Assembly: GCA_030390025.1 (NCBI GenBank)
Contig: JASTWF010000332.1
Span: 434,001 to 498,000, forward strand
Direction: 5' to 3'
Origin: Squalus acanthias
Taxonomy: Eukaryota
Length of the DNA: 64,000 nt
The first letter of the stretch is position 1; each line of letters opens with the position of its first letter. Below, piece after piece: positions 35,141 to 47,699 of the stretch. The notes beneath the pieces were generated by a model, which worked only from the letters and a program-made list of their open reading frames with translations, was not told where the DNA came from and did no database searches. The translations under genes were made by a program, and so were the position numbers.

Positions 35141-36058
35141 ACACTCACCGTTATCATTATCTTACATTAAACTTATATAAAAACATAGGGTCATGTAGCT
35201 TTACATCTGAAGGAACATTACAGTGAGCACTCACTCTAGTTTCCATGGTATAAGTGAAGCTATTGCCCCTTATGTCATACAAGTGGCCTCAAGTGTGCAA
35301 TGACACTGCAGTTTATCTTCGGGCATTATAACATACTCATGAGACTTCTATAACTCCACTGAGTCTGGGAGACATCACCCACCAGGTCTTTCATGTATTG
35401 CCGCGCTAAGGGCAATCCTTTCTCACAGGAAATGTGCTTGCTTTGCACCGTTGCTGTGGGCAGGTGCAGCAAGCCTAAGGCGGCCTGCAGCTGTCAGAGG
35501 ATGGGGTCATGCGGGACCGCCTTCCCCTGACTGCACCCAGTGCCAGAAAGCAGAGCAAGAAATGAGGAGTGCAGCATTGGGGCTGCTGTTGGAAAGAAGG
35601 CCGCAAAACTCAAAGATCTTCTAAGGGGGAGGAGAAGAGAGAAACCATTGATCTTTGGGCTGCCACCTCCCAGAGGCCTTCTGGTCTGTTGGGGCCCCAG
35701 TGCAAGCACTTGTGACAGGTGTCCGACCATCATACTCCCAGGTAAGTGATGCGAGAGACCAGGAACATGAGACAGAAGGCCGGGAACAGCCCATCTTGTC
35801 TCATTTTAAAATGCTAACTGTGTGCATGGGTCTATTCCAGGAATTCCCAGCAGTGGGGGCGGAAAACCGGCGTAATGTATCCCACCCTCTTTTCCTCTTC
35901 ACTGCACCTCGGAAATTGGTGTTCCCCAGGTTTAAGAGAGGACAATCATTCCTTATCACACAAACTTCACTTTGGAAAAAAATTTCATTACTATTAGATG
36001 GGACAAGTAGGAAGATACTGTGTACTGACTATCTTCCTCCTTTTCTACTTTACTACAG

Positions 36059-36178
36059 GTAGGAAGTTTACGTGGTACAGAAGAAATAAACCTGAAGCAT
36101 TACGAAGGATTGCTTTTTGCTTTGTACAATGCAGCTGGATCTGGCTTTCTGGTGTTCGGAGGGCAGTATACAAAACTA
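36059..36178 (+). CDS. EIF2AK4-like: Exon: VGSLRGTEEINLKHYEGLLFALYNAAGSGFLVFGGQYTKL
   Basis: Long pyrimidine tract + cag, gtaaga donor, 120 bp, phase 0-0. HYEGLLF and GGQY correspond to HisRS/GCN2 HNGIIF and GGRYD. Confidence 0.9.
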
Positions 36179-36464
36179 GTAAGATGTTTAAGAACTCTTT
36201 CTGAAAGAAGATAGGCACTTTGATAGTTCGCTCTGCTTTTGTGTGTTTAGTCTTTAAATTAAGTTCAAGCCCTTTTGTACTTTTAGAACTGCAGCTCCAC
36301 AATCCAGCCAACCTTCTGGTTTTCAGATACGTGGTACGGTGCATATCCTGTACCCTCCCCAAACTTAGCCAAAACGTAGACGCAAAATATTGGTTGAAAG
36401 TGGCAACAGACGATTCATTCATGTTTAACTCTGTTCTAAGCATTCCTCTCACTCTAAACTAGTG

Positions 36465-37147
36465 GGGGGAAATTATGAGGAGAGGTTGCATAAACTTGGC
36501 TTGTATTCCCTTGAGTGTCGAAAGCTAATGGAATGCTAGCCTTTATCGCAAGGGGGCTGGAGTACAAAGGGCTGTAAGTTGTGCTACATTTATATAAAGC
36601 TCTGGTTAGACCACATCTGGAGTACTGCATTCAGTTCTGGGCACCGCACCTCAGGAAGGATATATTGGCCTTGGGGGGGCGCAGCGCAGATTCACCAGAA
36701 TGATACCGGGGCTAAAAGGGTTAAATTGTGAGGGCAGGTTGCATAGACTAGGCTTGTATTCCCTTGAATATAGAAGATTAAGGGGTGATCTAATTGAGGT
36801 GTTTAAGATGATTAAAGGAGTTGATAGGGTAGATAGAGAGACACTATTTCCTCTGGTGGGAGAATCAAGAATGAGGGGACATAACCTTAAAATTAGAGCC
36901 AGGCCGTTCAAGAGCGAAATCAGGAAACACTTTTTCACACAAAAGGTAGTAGATATCTGCAGTTCACTCCCCCAAAAGGCTGTGGATGCTGGGTGAATTT
37001 GAGCTTTCAAGACTGAGAGCGCTATATTTTTGTTAGGTAAGGGTATCAAGAGATATGGCGCAAACGCGGACAAATGGAGTTGAGGTACAAATCAGCCACG
37101 ATCTAATTAGCAGGCTCAAGGGGCTGAATGGCCTACTCCTGTTCCTA
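36465..37147 (+). mobile_element. CR1 3' fragment
   Basis: [33 protein letters not shown] and 3'UTR. Confidence 0.9.
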
Positions 37148-37598
37148 AAGTAGGCCAATTAACAATGCAGGGCAACATTGAAAATTGAGAATTATACCTT
37201 AGATTGGACCTGGAGTTCTTTTGAGCTTAATGAAGCAGAAGATTTTGAAGTAATGCCATAGCAGCAAGAGAAATGAATAGTACACTCCGCTCACATCAGT
37301 GACTAACCCAGGCAGTAGCATATCTGCAACAGCAGGCACTTTTACACATGAATAAGTGTCCCAGGAGACTGGCACTCAAATGGATACTCACTACCTTTTG
37401 TGCTTCTCTGCTTTGTTCATTTTTCTTTTGTAACTACAGCACATTGAGGCCTGTTAGAGGTTTAAAACCAATGATTGACAAACAATTTGTGAAGATGATC
37501 CCTGGGATCAGAGGCTTTAGTTATGAGGAGAGAAACTCAGGTTCTTTATGTTAAAGCAGGGAAATTTAAGAGATCTGATAGGGTGTTTATTATTATAA

Positions 37599-38248
37599 GG
37601 ACGCAACTTCTGCCAACGACATAAAGTAGTTGCACATGCGCAGTTCCAATGGTTTCTTGGTTGTTCTTGCCGGACTTCATAGGCAGCAGTCACTCTGATA
37701 TATTAATGTGGTTTGTTCGTGAAATAAATCATCTTTGTAATTATTAGAAGTAAAGATACTCGCGGTTTGCAGTAATTTCTAACGGGTTTCTGATCGCCGA
37801 TGTGGTGATTAGATGGTGGGGTCCGGCTCGGCTCCAGGTTCCTCACGTGAAGCTGGTGGGCTTGAGAAGCGAAAGCTCCTGGAGTTTATCAACAATCAGC
37901 ATCCACCGAGCTTTAGATTTAAGTCATAATAGACATGGCTGATGATGGTTTAATGTTAAATATTACCAACAATAGGGAGGGGGTGGGGAAAAGAGATCGC
38001 GCTTGCCGAGCTGAGCCGAGAGAGAAAGTTAACATTTATGCGCTGCCGAACTGAGCCGAAAAGAAAATTAAAATTAAAATTTGATTTGGTGTTTCTATCG
38101 GCTTATGTTGAATTGGTGTTTCTTAGGTTGAATTGGTGTTTCTTAGGTTGAATTGGTGTTTCTTATGTTGAATTGCGGATTAAAGAAAGTTGACATTTAT
38201 GCGCAGAATGTTTCTGCGCAGCTTCCGGTTCGTTGGCAGCAGTCACTG
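37599..38248. mobile_element. Non-autonomous insertion in a CR1 remnant
   Basis: 9-bp flanking direct repeat TTATTATAA; subterminal inverted CTGCCAACGA / TCGTTGGCAG; internal 20-bp tandem repeat at 38105-38175. Confidence 0.55.
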
Positions 38249-39146
38249 TTATTATAATTATACTATGAAAACTAAGGGAGAATTTCCACTGGTCAGTGCA
38301 ATGATAACTAGAGAGCATAAATCAGCAAAAGAACAAAGGGAGACTTAGGAGGAATTTGTTTTAATGCACAAGGCCCTTAGAACATGGAATGCCCTGCCAG
38401 AAACACTGGTAAAAGGAGAATCCAGAATAACTTAAAAGGGAAGCAAAGAAATACTTGAATAAGAAAAATTTTAAAACGGTATGGAGAAAGGGCAGGGGAA
38501 TGGGATTGAACGGATAGCTCGTTGAGGGCCAGCACAGCTACTTTGGACTGAATGGACTCCTTCAGTGCAGTAAAATTATATGATTGCATAAAAAGAATGA
38601 AAATGGCGCTTTTTGAGGTAAGTGGAGTCCCAACAGTAACTTGCCGATCCTACGTCTTATTTTTACAGACCTCCAGCCACGTCTGCTGAATCTTGGAGAC
38701 ATCAGCCACCATGTGTCTCGTGTGCTGCCATCATTCCCACAGTCTTTGCACTCTGAGGACTGTGGTTGTGCTTGCGTTGGTCTGTTCCCAGCATTTGCTG
38801 GACCTTGGTCTTAAACCAATTTTTTTCCCCCTTTGGAGTTGAGCATCTCCCAGCTCTGCCGCTGTTTATATTTCTGAACCTTTTGACACTTTCAACCAGT
38901 TAACTTGCCCATTAGCTGCTTGAGAAGCATTAAAGGATCATTATTACTGGCGAATACTCACTGGCTGCCACTTGTTCATTGCCGCAGAAAACATTTCATT
39001 CTCTCAAGTTGCCTGTTTGAACAGGTGATTTTAATAGCAGGTCACTGATTTTTGCAGAAGAACATGCAATTCTTCCATTTTTAACAAAAAGAGGAATGTC
39101 GAGCCCTCGCTACTCGAGCTAATCTGGAAAAGGCAGAGGGCTGGAT

Positions 39147-39512
39147 TAGGAACATAGGAACAGGAGTAGGCCACTCAGCCCCTCGAGCCTGTTCCGCCAT
39201 TCAGTTAGGTCATGGCTGATCTGTATTTTAACTCCATTTACCTGCCTTGGTTTATTATCCCTTAATACCTTTACCGAACAAAAATCTATTAATCTCAATT
39301 TCGAATTTTTCAATTGACCCCGAGCCTCAGCAGCTTTTTGGGGGAGAGAGTTCCAGATTTCCACTACCCTTTGTGTGAAGAAGTGCTTCCTGACATCACC
39401 CCTGAATGGCCTGGCTCTAATTTTAAGGCAATGCCCCCTTGTTCTGGACTTCCCCACCAGAGGCAGTAGTTTCTTTCTGTCTACCCGATGAATTCCATTA
39501 ATCATCTTAAAG
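39147..39512 (-). mobile_element. CR1 3' fragment
   Basis: SRTRGH.LKIRARPFR..RKHFFTQRVV and a (CCTATGTT)n tail. Confidence 0.9.
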
Positions 39513-39700
39513 CCTCAAAGGTGTTAGGGAAGCGTTAAATCAGCCGTTTAAAAAATTCAAAATGAAGTCATAATTAATAAGTAATGATAGGGTCTGGAGA
39601 AATGAAAGAGTACAATCACCTCTGCTATTTGTTTTATATAAGATGATTATTTGAACAAGAATGGCACAGTCTGATTTACTTGTCTGCCACAATGCTGTAG

Positions 39701-39802
39701 CTCCGAAGTTTTGATGTGTCCTTTGGGGAGTTGCCCGAGCTGTCTGCTGCCGGCCTGAACATCGACCTCCAGAAACTGGTAGAAGCAGACGCAAAGGCAA
39801 AG
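39701..39802 (+). CDS. EIF2AK4-like: Exon, motif-3 region: LRSFDVSFGELPELSAAGLNIDLQKLVEADAKAK
   Basis: ctgtag acceptor, AAG/gtaaaa donor, 102 bp, phase 0-0. AAGLNIDLQKL corresponds to GCN2 AIGVSIAIDKI. Confidence 0.85.
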
Positions 39803-40316
39803 GTAAAAGGCAAGAGACAAGAATCCCAGAATCTGAGAAAACGCAGACAATGTTGAAAAAATCTTGGCTTTTTGGCGGGGGTGGGTGGGGGGAGGGGGGG
39901 TGTTTCTATTGATGATGAGTCAGTCCAAAAACTTTTCCGTTAGGAGATAAAACAATTTCTGCCTCAAAGCAAAGTAATCCATTCTATGGCAAAGTAATCC
40001 ATTCAGAGCCTGCAGTTGCCTCTAGGGATCCATAGCGTAAATTTCCCTTTTCGTTTTTCCTTTGCTTAAAGTTGTATCTGAAGATTGAGCCTCAGTCTGA
40101 TTGTCCAGACTGAAGCCAAGATTTCTATGACTTAGTAAATGTCGCTTAATGAGATTTGGCACTGCTGATCTTGGCTACAAGTTATAAACATGGTACAAAT
40201 CGATGACTGATGTCATTTAGTTTACCCCCTGACTATGTTCTGCTATGAAAATACCAAAAAGAATTGCGTAATTTTATTGCAGATGTACAAATAAGTTTTT
40301 CTCGTGTTATGCACAG

Positions 40317-40445
40317 AAACCTGACAGGACGGACAAAATCTGTATTCATTGCACTCCTGACACAAGTGCGGAAATCTGTTTTAAGTTGGCAAGAAAGTTT
40401 TGGGAAGCAGGCATACGCATTAGATTGATGACCAGACTTAATGAG
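40317..40445 (+). CDS. EIF2AK4-like: Exon, anticodon-binding-like domain: KPDRTDKICIHCTPDTSAEICFKLARKFWEAGIRIRLMTRLNE
   Basis: gcacag acceptor, GAG/gtaatg donor, 129 bp, phase 0-0. LARKFWEAGI corresponds to GCN2 LTQKLWTAGI. Confidence 0.9.
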
Positions 40446-40729
40446 GTAATGTATAGAAATCGCTTGATATTCTGAACACAAAGAACTAACGGTGACAGAT
40501 AAGGAGATCCATTGCATTTTAAATCGTAAGAAAGTTTCTTATTTTTAGTATCTGTTTATAAGATGTGGCTTATCACTTCAAATGTTGTTTACTGCAATAG
40601 GTAGTTCAGGTGAATGTACATGTATTCACCAGACAATATTCATAGCCTCTCATACTCCAGAGGCACAGCATTATTCATAGAAAATGCATTTTGATTGCAA
40701 ATGCAAGTGGGAACTTCTTAGAGCTCCAG

Positions 40730-41615
40730 AAGTTCAAAGTGCAGAAGGAGGCCGTTCAGCCCATCGTTCCTGTGCTGGCTCTTCAATAGGGCACTCCAAA
40801 GCAGTCCACTGCCCTAATCTGTCCTCATTGCTCTGTATCTTCAAATGTTTGTCTGCTTTTCCCTTAGAAGATACAACAATTTCTGCCTCAATCACTCCCT
40901 GTGGCAAAGTAATCCATGTTCTAGTAATTCTGCATAAAGAACCTTCTCCTAACCTCTCACTTCAGTCTCTCACTGACTATTTCAAATTGATTACTCCCCT
41001 TCACTGACCTCCCATTCCCCACAACCAGGGAGCTAGACGTCTCCTATTCACGGTATCAAATCCTTCCATAATTTTAAAAACTACAATTAAATCTCTTCAT
41101 TGCCTTCTCTGCTCCATTGGAAATTGTTCCAGTATCTCAATTCTCACCTCACAACTATAGTTTCTCATCCCTGGTGTCATCCTGATCAATCTACGCTGTT
41201 CACTCTCTATAGATTTAATGCCCTTTTCTATAATGGCGTAGCCAAAAGTGCACACAGTACTCTAACTAAACATTGCTTTGTACAAGTTTATCGTTACTTC
41301 TTTGCTTTTGAACTCTATTTCCCTATTTATAAAACCCAAATTGTCATTGGCCTGTTTGTTGCTTTCTCTACCTATACTTCCACTTTCGAGGAATATGTAT
41401 TTGAATCCTAGGTCACTCTGTTCACCCACACCCTTCAGCACCTTTCCATTAAGCAGATACTCACATTACTCTTTTTATCTTCCTAACGTGTTTAATGTGC
41501 ATGTTCCACCTGTCTACCCATTACACTAACCTGTCTAAAATCCTCCTCGCTGTTTGCGAAAACCCCTACTATTGTGTTGTCACTAAATTCCCATTGTTCC
41601 CAAGTCCAAATCCAC
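40730..41615 (-). mobile_element. Old CR1 fragment
   Basis: Decayed reverse-complement CR1 RT C-terminus and 3'UTR. Confidence 0.6.
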
Positions 41616-43156
41616 TATGTTAGCCGATCTTCCACACAAGGATTCAAGTCAAAGTGTAGTCATCAGGTGAAGTGTGGTTAAAAGGCGGGGGATAATTGGA
41701 CCAGTACTTGCAGAAGTGATTCAGTCCTCATTTTAAATTCATACATTCTGTTCTTATTTTTATATCATACTTAGATTTTATAAAGCAGAGTTGGTAGCAG
41801 CATTAGGACTTTTTCTACAGTACAGTACAGACTGAGAAGCTGAAAGATGCAAAACTGAGGTCCTAAAGTGCCACTGCTGGCAGTGAACTGTAATTACAGT
41901 GTGACAAGTTTACATAGGCAGTTTCCATTATAAATGTGGAGACATGAATTTATAATAAACAGTTGACACAGCAGTGTGACAAAAACGTGACAGCAGGAAG
42001 TTCATTTTTGTAGACAGGAAGTACCTGCAGACATCAGATTTTTTAATATATTATCGATATATTGCGAGACAAATCGACTGTCTGGCTTCACTATATCCAA
42101 CCTTTCTCCTATCTGATTGGCACCCATTAACCTTAATCCTTTGTTTTGTGTCCATTAGCCAACTTTCTATCCTTACATTTCTCTTTAACCTTTTTGTAAG
42201 AAGACTCCCGTGAGTCCTCTCATCTATCTAGCATAAATACAACATTGGTGTGTATTTTAAGTAATGAATGTATACTCTCTGTATTAGGAAAAAATTGTAG
42301 CATTTAATCTGATTAAAGCAAAAAGAAACCTTTTGTCCAGAATATGCCACTAGGTGACAGTGTTTAGACAAAAGATAAACTGCTGGTAGAAAACAAGGCG
42401 GCTTTGGAACACTGTTTTCCCGATTACACTGACATTACCCACAGAACCATATAGTCTGGCCAATAAGTTGTGGAAACATTCTGATTTCACTTTTGACTAA
42501 TCCTCTGTGGCCCCTTTTGCTCTGTGTCCAATAAATGTGAGATTAAAATTTTCCACTGTAATTTTAGTGTCTAATAATAGACGGATGTTTGACCACTAAG
42601 TATTGAGTCATTACAAAATTACTCTTATTTCCCTAAATATTAAGGCCATTCTTTGGATCTCACAAATGATCAATAACCAATCTTGATCAGCTCAGCCACA
42701 GGCCATTTGTTCTTTTTCTGTCTACACTGCACGCTGAGGCCTGTCACTTTACAGCTTGACAGGTAATCATGTTTACTTCACATTCCAAGAATGTGACGTC
42801 AGGAAGCATGTAACACAATGTCATCAGCTCTTGGAAAATTGCTCTCCAGTTGCAGTTGTGCAGATGATGTGATGGGAGTACCGCAAGTTTCTATTGATGG
42901 ATGAGCGCATTGCCTCTCTCATCGATACTTACCGTTGTAATTTTTTTAATGTGAAACTTTCACTGTAAAAAGAGAAAATAGAGTACTGTTGGTATTTTTA
43001 GATATTTTACTTGTACATTTTGGTATTTTTGATTCCCAAATATGTGATTTCCTCTCAAGTCTTTCAAGCAGTCATTTTCAACGATGCAACAGTTAAATCT
43101 CCTGTCATGTACTCTTTTCAATTTGCGGTCTGGGATGTTCATCAACATATTCCTGT

Positions 43157-43386
43157 CAAATGTGAGAAGTGGCACAACACCAGGTTATAGTCCAACAGTT
43201 TTATTTGAAATCACAAGCTTTCGGAGCGCTGCTCCTTCGTCAGGTGAAGTGACGTCACTTCCTTCACCTGACGAAGGAGCAGCGCTCTGAAAGCTTGTGA
43301 TTTCAAATAAAACTGTTGGACTATAACCTGGTGTTGTGCCACTTCTCACATTTGTCCACCCCAGTCCAACACCGGCATCTCTACAT
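43157..43386. mobile_element. Palindromic Penelope-end insertion with two hammerhead cores
   Basis: ~198-bp fold-back (43157-43354) plus unique tail; 13-bp direct repeat CATATTCCTGTCA at 43146 and 43387. Confidence 0.85.
43264..43300 (+). ncRNA. Minimal type I hammerhead ribozyme-like motif
   Basis: TCAC-CTGACGA-(AGGAGC agc GCTCT)-GAAA-GCTT-GTGA. Mirror copy on the minus strand at 43211-43247. Confidence 0.6.
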
Positions 43387-44041
43387 CATATTCCTGTCAG
43401 ACTTTGCATTTTCATCCAATTTTGTTTAGTAAATGAACAGAAAGAATCGAAACGAACAGAGAGAATGAAAGGTCACCGACCTGAAACATTAACTTTGTTT
43501 CTTTCTCCACGGATGTTGCCTGAGTATTTCCAGCATTTTCTGTTTTTATTTAAGAAAGAATCGAGTACTGCACTTTTGTTGCCTTACACTTTTATCAGTT
43601 TTGTTCCTGGAAGGAAGGTCATGCACAGTGTGTGTTTAAAATGGAGGGGGAGGGGACTGTTTTATATGGGAAGATTCTCTCAAAATGGAGGGGAGACTAA
43701 AAGGAATGTTTTACAATCAACACGATTTCATTGCACTTGTCCTGTAAAAACATACATTTTTATTGCAACCAGCCTTTGCAGATCCAGGCTGTTCCAATAG
43801 TATTGGTCATTGTCTAAATATCTGGCAAAATCTGACACTATTTCATTGAAGAGTTGCTCATTTGGCACAGACGCACAAAATGTACATACATTATTATAAT
43901 TTTAGGATATTCTGTAGAATGGGGGTAAAGTTTGTTTTCAAAGACAACATTTTGTTGAAACCTTAAACATTATCACTGCATTACTTGGAGGATGTGTAGC
44001 TCAAGTCTTAAAAATCTGACATTGTGTTTTGCTTCTTTTAG

Positions 44042-44116
44042 AAAAAGGTTACAGCTGAGAGTCTTGAAAAGGGAAGGATATTTGTTCTACAGCCACAGGG
44101 TGAAACAGATTTAAAG
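44042..44116 (+). CDS. EIF2AK4-like: Exon: KKVTAESLEKGRIFVLQPQGETDLK
   Basis: ttttgcttctttttag acceptor, AAG/gtaaga donor, 75 bp open, phase 0-0, expected position. Sequence similarity is weak. Confidence 0.7.
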
Positions 44117-44737
44117 GTAAGAACAGCAATCCCAGCCAAGCTGTCCTGTCAGTGGAAGTTAATGAATGTACATAGGACCAATGCAAAGGAGTGGAAGGCC
44201 TGAAACATGGGGGGCGATTTTCCCAGCCCTGAGGAGGCGGGTTTGGAGGCGGGACAGTTGGCAAAATCGCCAAAAGTAAGGGCGGGTTCGGAACCTACCT
44301 CCAACCCGCCTCTGCGCAATTTTGCCGGAGACGGGTTTCATGGGTGTGATTCGGTCCCGCCTCCATCAGTTGGGAGAGGTAGTTAAGACCCTTAAATAAT
44401 AGTTAAGGGCCTCTATAATCCTATTTTGACAGGCCTTTGTTATTTTACCACATTTTCAGCGTGTTCCACGACCCTCCTAAACCACGCCAGCTAATCCTGG
44501 CGGGTTGACAAGTGGGTGGCCTCCTCACAGCTGCAGCTCCACCATTAAAACGGAGCTTTCATCAGGGAGCAGTTGCAGGTAGCAGAACTTTTGTTCCACA
44601 GGTCTTTCAGTACTTTTAGCAGGCCTACAGAAGTTGGAGGTGCTGCAGCTTCTATCTCTCAACTGTGGGACCTCCTTGGAAGACCCTCTCCCCGCTTAGA
44701 CTGAGCGCTTCCCCAACGGAGGTATTTGCCAGCAGCA

Positions 44738-45935
44738 TGGGAGCCATTTATTTCCTTTCACCATGGACCTCAGATTCGGATGAGGAGCAGCCATCGCAGC
44801 AGCAGAACCAGGCAGTTCAGCAGCAACAGCAGCAGAAACACCAACCTCCTGCTCACCCACCTGATGCTGCACAGGGCAGAAGGCGCCAGCACATGGAAGC
44901 ACGTCGCCGCAGGAGATACCCCCCTCTCAGGGTTTACAGAGAGAGGATGAGCTACCTCAACATGACTGAGCAGCAATACCAAAGGAGGCTGAGAGTTTCG
45001 CAACAGGTTGTCGGAGACATCTGCGCACTGCTGCACCAACACCTGGAGCCCAGAGGAGCGGGTGGACACCCCTTACCAGTGGCTGTCAAAGTCACCACCG
45101 CACTCAACTTTTTTTCCTCAGGCTCCTTCCAGGGATCATCAGCAGACATCAGCGGCATCTCCCAGTCAGAGGTTACCGATGCCCTTTTCGCAAAGGCGCA
45201 CAATTACATCCACTTCTCAAGGGATCAAGCAAGTATAACTGCGCGTTCGGTTGGCTTTGCAAATATGGCAGGCTTGCCAATGGTGCAGGGCGTCATAGAC
45301 TGCACACATGTGGCCCTTAGGGCACCCCATCAAAACCCAGCTATCTTTGTCAACCGCAAGGGCTTCCACTCCTCAACGTACAGCTGGTGTGTAACCAGAA
45401 GAAGGAGATTTTGCAGGTTTGTACCAAGTTCTGTGGTAGTGGCCATAACTCGTTCATCCTGCGGAACTCTAGTGTTCCTCCGCTCTTCAATCCGCCAAAC
45501 CAACTTAACGGATGGCTCCTTGGTGACAAGGGCTACCCCCTGAAGAAGTGGCTAATGACGCCGATCAGGAGGCCAGCTAATGAGGCTGAGGAGCGCCACA
45601 ACGCCAGCCACATTTCGACCAGGTCCATCATCGAGCAAACCATTGGCTTGCTGAAGATGCGATTCCGATGCCTTGACAGATCAGATGTAGCCCTGCAGTA
45701 TTCAGCAGCCAGGGTCTCCAGAATGGTCGTGGTCTGCTGTGCACTGCACAGCATGGCACAGCGTCACGGCTTGCAGCTTCCTGATGAGCAAGTGGCTCAG
45801 TTCATAGCCTCCTCAGATGAGGAGAAGGAGGAGGAGGACCGAGCGGCGGCGTATCGACCAGCAGCAGCGGCAGCACGCGAGCACATGGCTGCCCGTGATG
45901 CAAGGATTGTCCTCATCCTGGCCAGATTTGCATAG
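44738..45935 (+). pseudogene. Harbinger (HARBI1-like) DDE transposase, frameshifted
   Basis: [38 protein letters not shown]. 1-nt frameshift near 45371. Confidence 0.9.
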
Positions 45936-46092
45936 GTTGCCCATTGTGGCACATGTGCTTGGCTCCTTCTTAACACATGATAGACAATGGACATGACTCT
46001 CTGGCCTCCTTTCACTCTGACCACCAACCTGACCACGCAAGTGTCGCGGAGCCTGCAATGTGGAGCTGCCTCAGCCAAAATAACAGATGCCA

Positions 46093-46362
46093 TCACGCCA
46101 ACAGTTTGCCATCACCTAATTTTAAAACATTCACACAGGGATGGCATTTCATCAATAAACAGAAACAATCACCCAATCTGCACACAGATCTGGAGGTTAT
46201 ATCCCTTGCCAGCTGGACCCACACAGCCTTGGTTTCTTTGGGAGGCCTCTTCCTCCCAGATGAGAGGAAGAGCACCTCCCTGCTAGCTCTCGCCCCCTCA
46301 ACCAGCATACCCAGCACCTCATCCGAGAACCTCGGGGAGGCCCTTGCCTTGGAGCTGGCCAT
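46093..46362 (-). pseudogene. Harbinger Myb/SANT-like DNA-binding protein remnant
   Basis: PRFSDEVLGMLVEG...REVLF...W..LA..I trihelix/MADF-like N-terminus. Confidence 0.75.
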
Positions 46363-46709
46363 TCTTCAAGGAGATAAAAGTTTGGAGGTGGTGCAGCATC
46401 GACCAAAATCCAGTGGAATGAGCCAACGCAGCAAGCAGCCCTTAAATGAAGCTGGATAAGTGACGTCAGCAGAGGCGAGTTTCAGTCCCAAAAGACTCAT
46501 TGGCCCAGGGGAACCCACACCTCTGAAATCAACTGGCCAATTCGGGAAAAATCGCAAATTTTTCCCACCTGACAGTGGAGGCGGGTTTGGAACCCACCCA
46601 AACCGAAACCCGCCTCCAACCCTCCTCCATTGGGAAAATCGCCCCCCTAATGTCTCTGGAAACCTAAATGCATGACAATCTCCATCACTTATACTGCCCA
46701 CGTTTATAG

Positions 46710-46767
46710 CGGGTAACCATTTACTATCACCATAGAAGTCAATTAGAAAGGCAACCTGTTGAGCGCG
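46710..46767 (+). CDS. EIF2AK4-like: Probable exon: RVTIYYHHRSQLERQPVER(G)
   Basis: gtttatag acceptor, G/gttagt donor. Phase 0-1 bridges the flanking exons. Weakly like GCN2 VKSFEKERQTEKRV. Confidence 0.55.
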
Positions 46768-46881
46768 GTTAGTTTGGGAAGACTCCCCTGTTCCGTAATC
46801 TATTTGCAAGTCGTTAAGGTGTGAGTACCTTAATTACTCAAACCCTTGTACTTACCGATTTAAAAACTCTGCTGATTTCAG

Positions 46882-46934
46882 GCAAACTCCGGTCTTCTGG
46901 CAGCTGTTCAATAAACTCTTCGCACCTCATTAAG
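46882..46934 (+). CDS. EIF2AK4-like: Probable exon: (G)KLRSSGSCSINSSHLIK
   Basis: ctgatttcag acceptor, AAG/gtgcga donor, phase 1-0. Ser-rich linker as expected before the CTD. Confidence 0.55.
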
Positions 46935-47699
46935 GTGCGATTACCTTGGCTACTTATATTTGAGTCTGTTAATCGGCCCTCAGTAAGAAGCAACCGTCCC
47001 CCTTATATAACGGGCAAATCGCGTTAATGCCAACCCACCCGCAATAATCGGTGGGGACTGTAATCACACAGAATTTGTGTTGTCTCAATTTACCTTTAGA
47101 TTAGTACTCCGTTTAGAAAAGCCTCAGACTGTTTTATTATTTGGGCTGTTTTGACTTTCGGGCGATTGACCGGTGGAGTGAGCTGGTCGGCCGCCCATTC
47201 CAGTGACATTGAGGCGGATCCAGCCCCATGATTTTAAGGCCCCAGCCACATTTACATTTCGCCAGGCGATCTGCAGGCACTCCGACCCAGCACGCCGGAA
47301 TTGGCAAAGGAAATCGGGCTGGAGATGCCAGCAAGGTAAGTCACGCGGAGGGTTGGGGGTTGTCCCGGGGGTGATAGCGGCCCAGTTTATTTTTGTGGGC
47401 GCTGATCCGCTGCCATTTCTGACGGCAAAGTGGCTCCCGCAGACTCCGACCAGATCCTACCTAAAATAGCAATCGGGGTCCTCTTTACGTTAATGGACCC
47501 CAATTTCCATATCCAAAGGGGCCTGTCGCAAGTGGGGCAGAAACTTCATAATGGAATTTTAACAATCTGGGCAAATCCAATACTCAGGATTGAGAAATAC
47601 ATTTTCTTGTTTATCAGAGTTAGTTAGGCCATTAAGCTAACCTGTCAGAGGTCAGAGTACAGAGGAAAATTGTAAGAAAGTACTCTCCACATGGAGATG

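Larger units (their letters stand above)
44209..46647. mobile_element. PIF/Harbinger DNA transposon, decayed autonomous type
   Basis: 17-bp TIR GGGGGGCGATTTTCCCA; convergent transposase and Myb/SANT genes; GGCGGGTTTGG subterminal repeats. Confidence 0.92.

Noticed and set aside
3354..40445. True histidyl-tRNA synthetase or PKR/PERK/HRI gene
   Set aside because: HisRS catalytic motifs are degenerate and fused downstream of a kinase, an arrangement specific to GCN2.
44665..45935. Domesticated HARBI1 gene
   Set aside because: Flanked by TIRs, paired with a Myb/SANT ORF and frameshifted, so it is a transposon copy.
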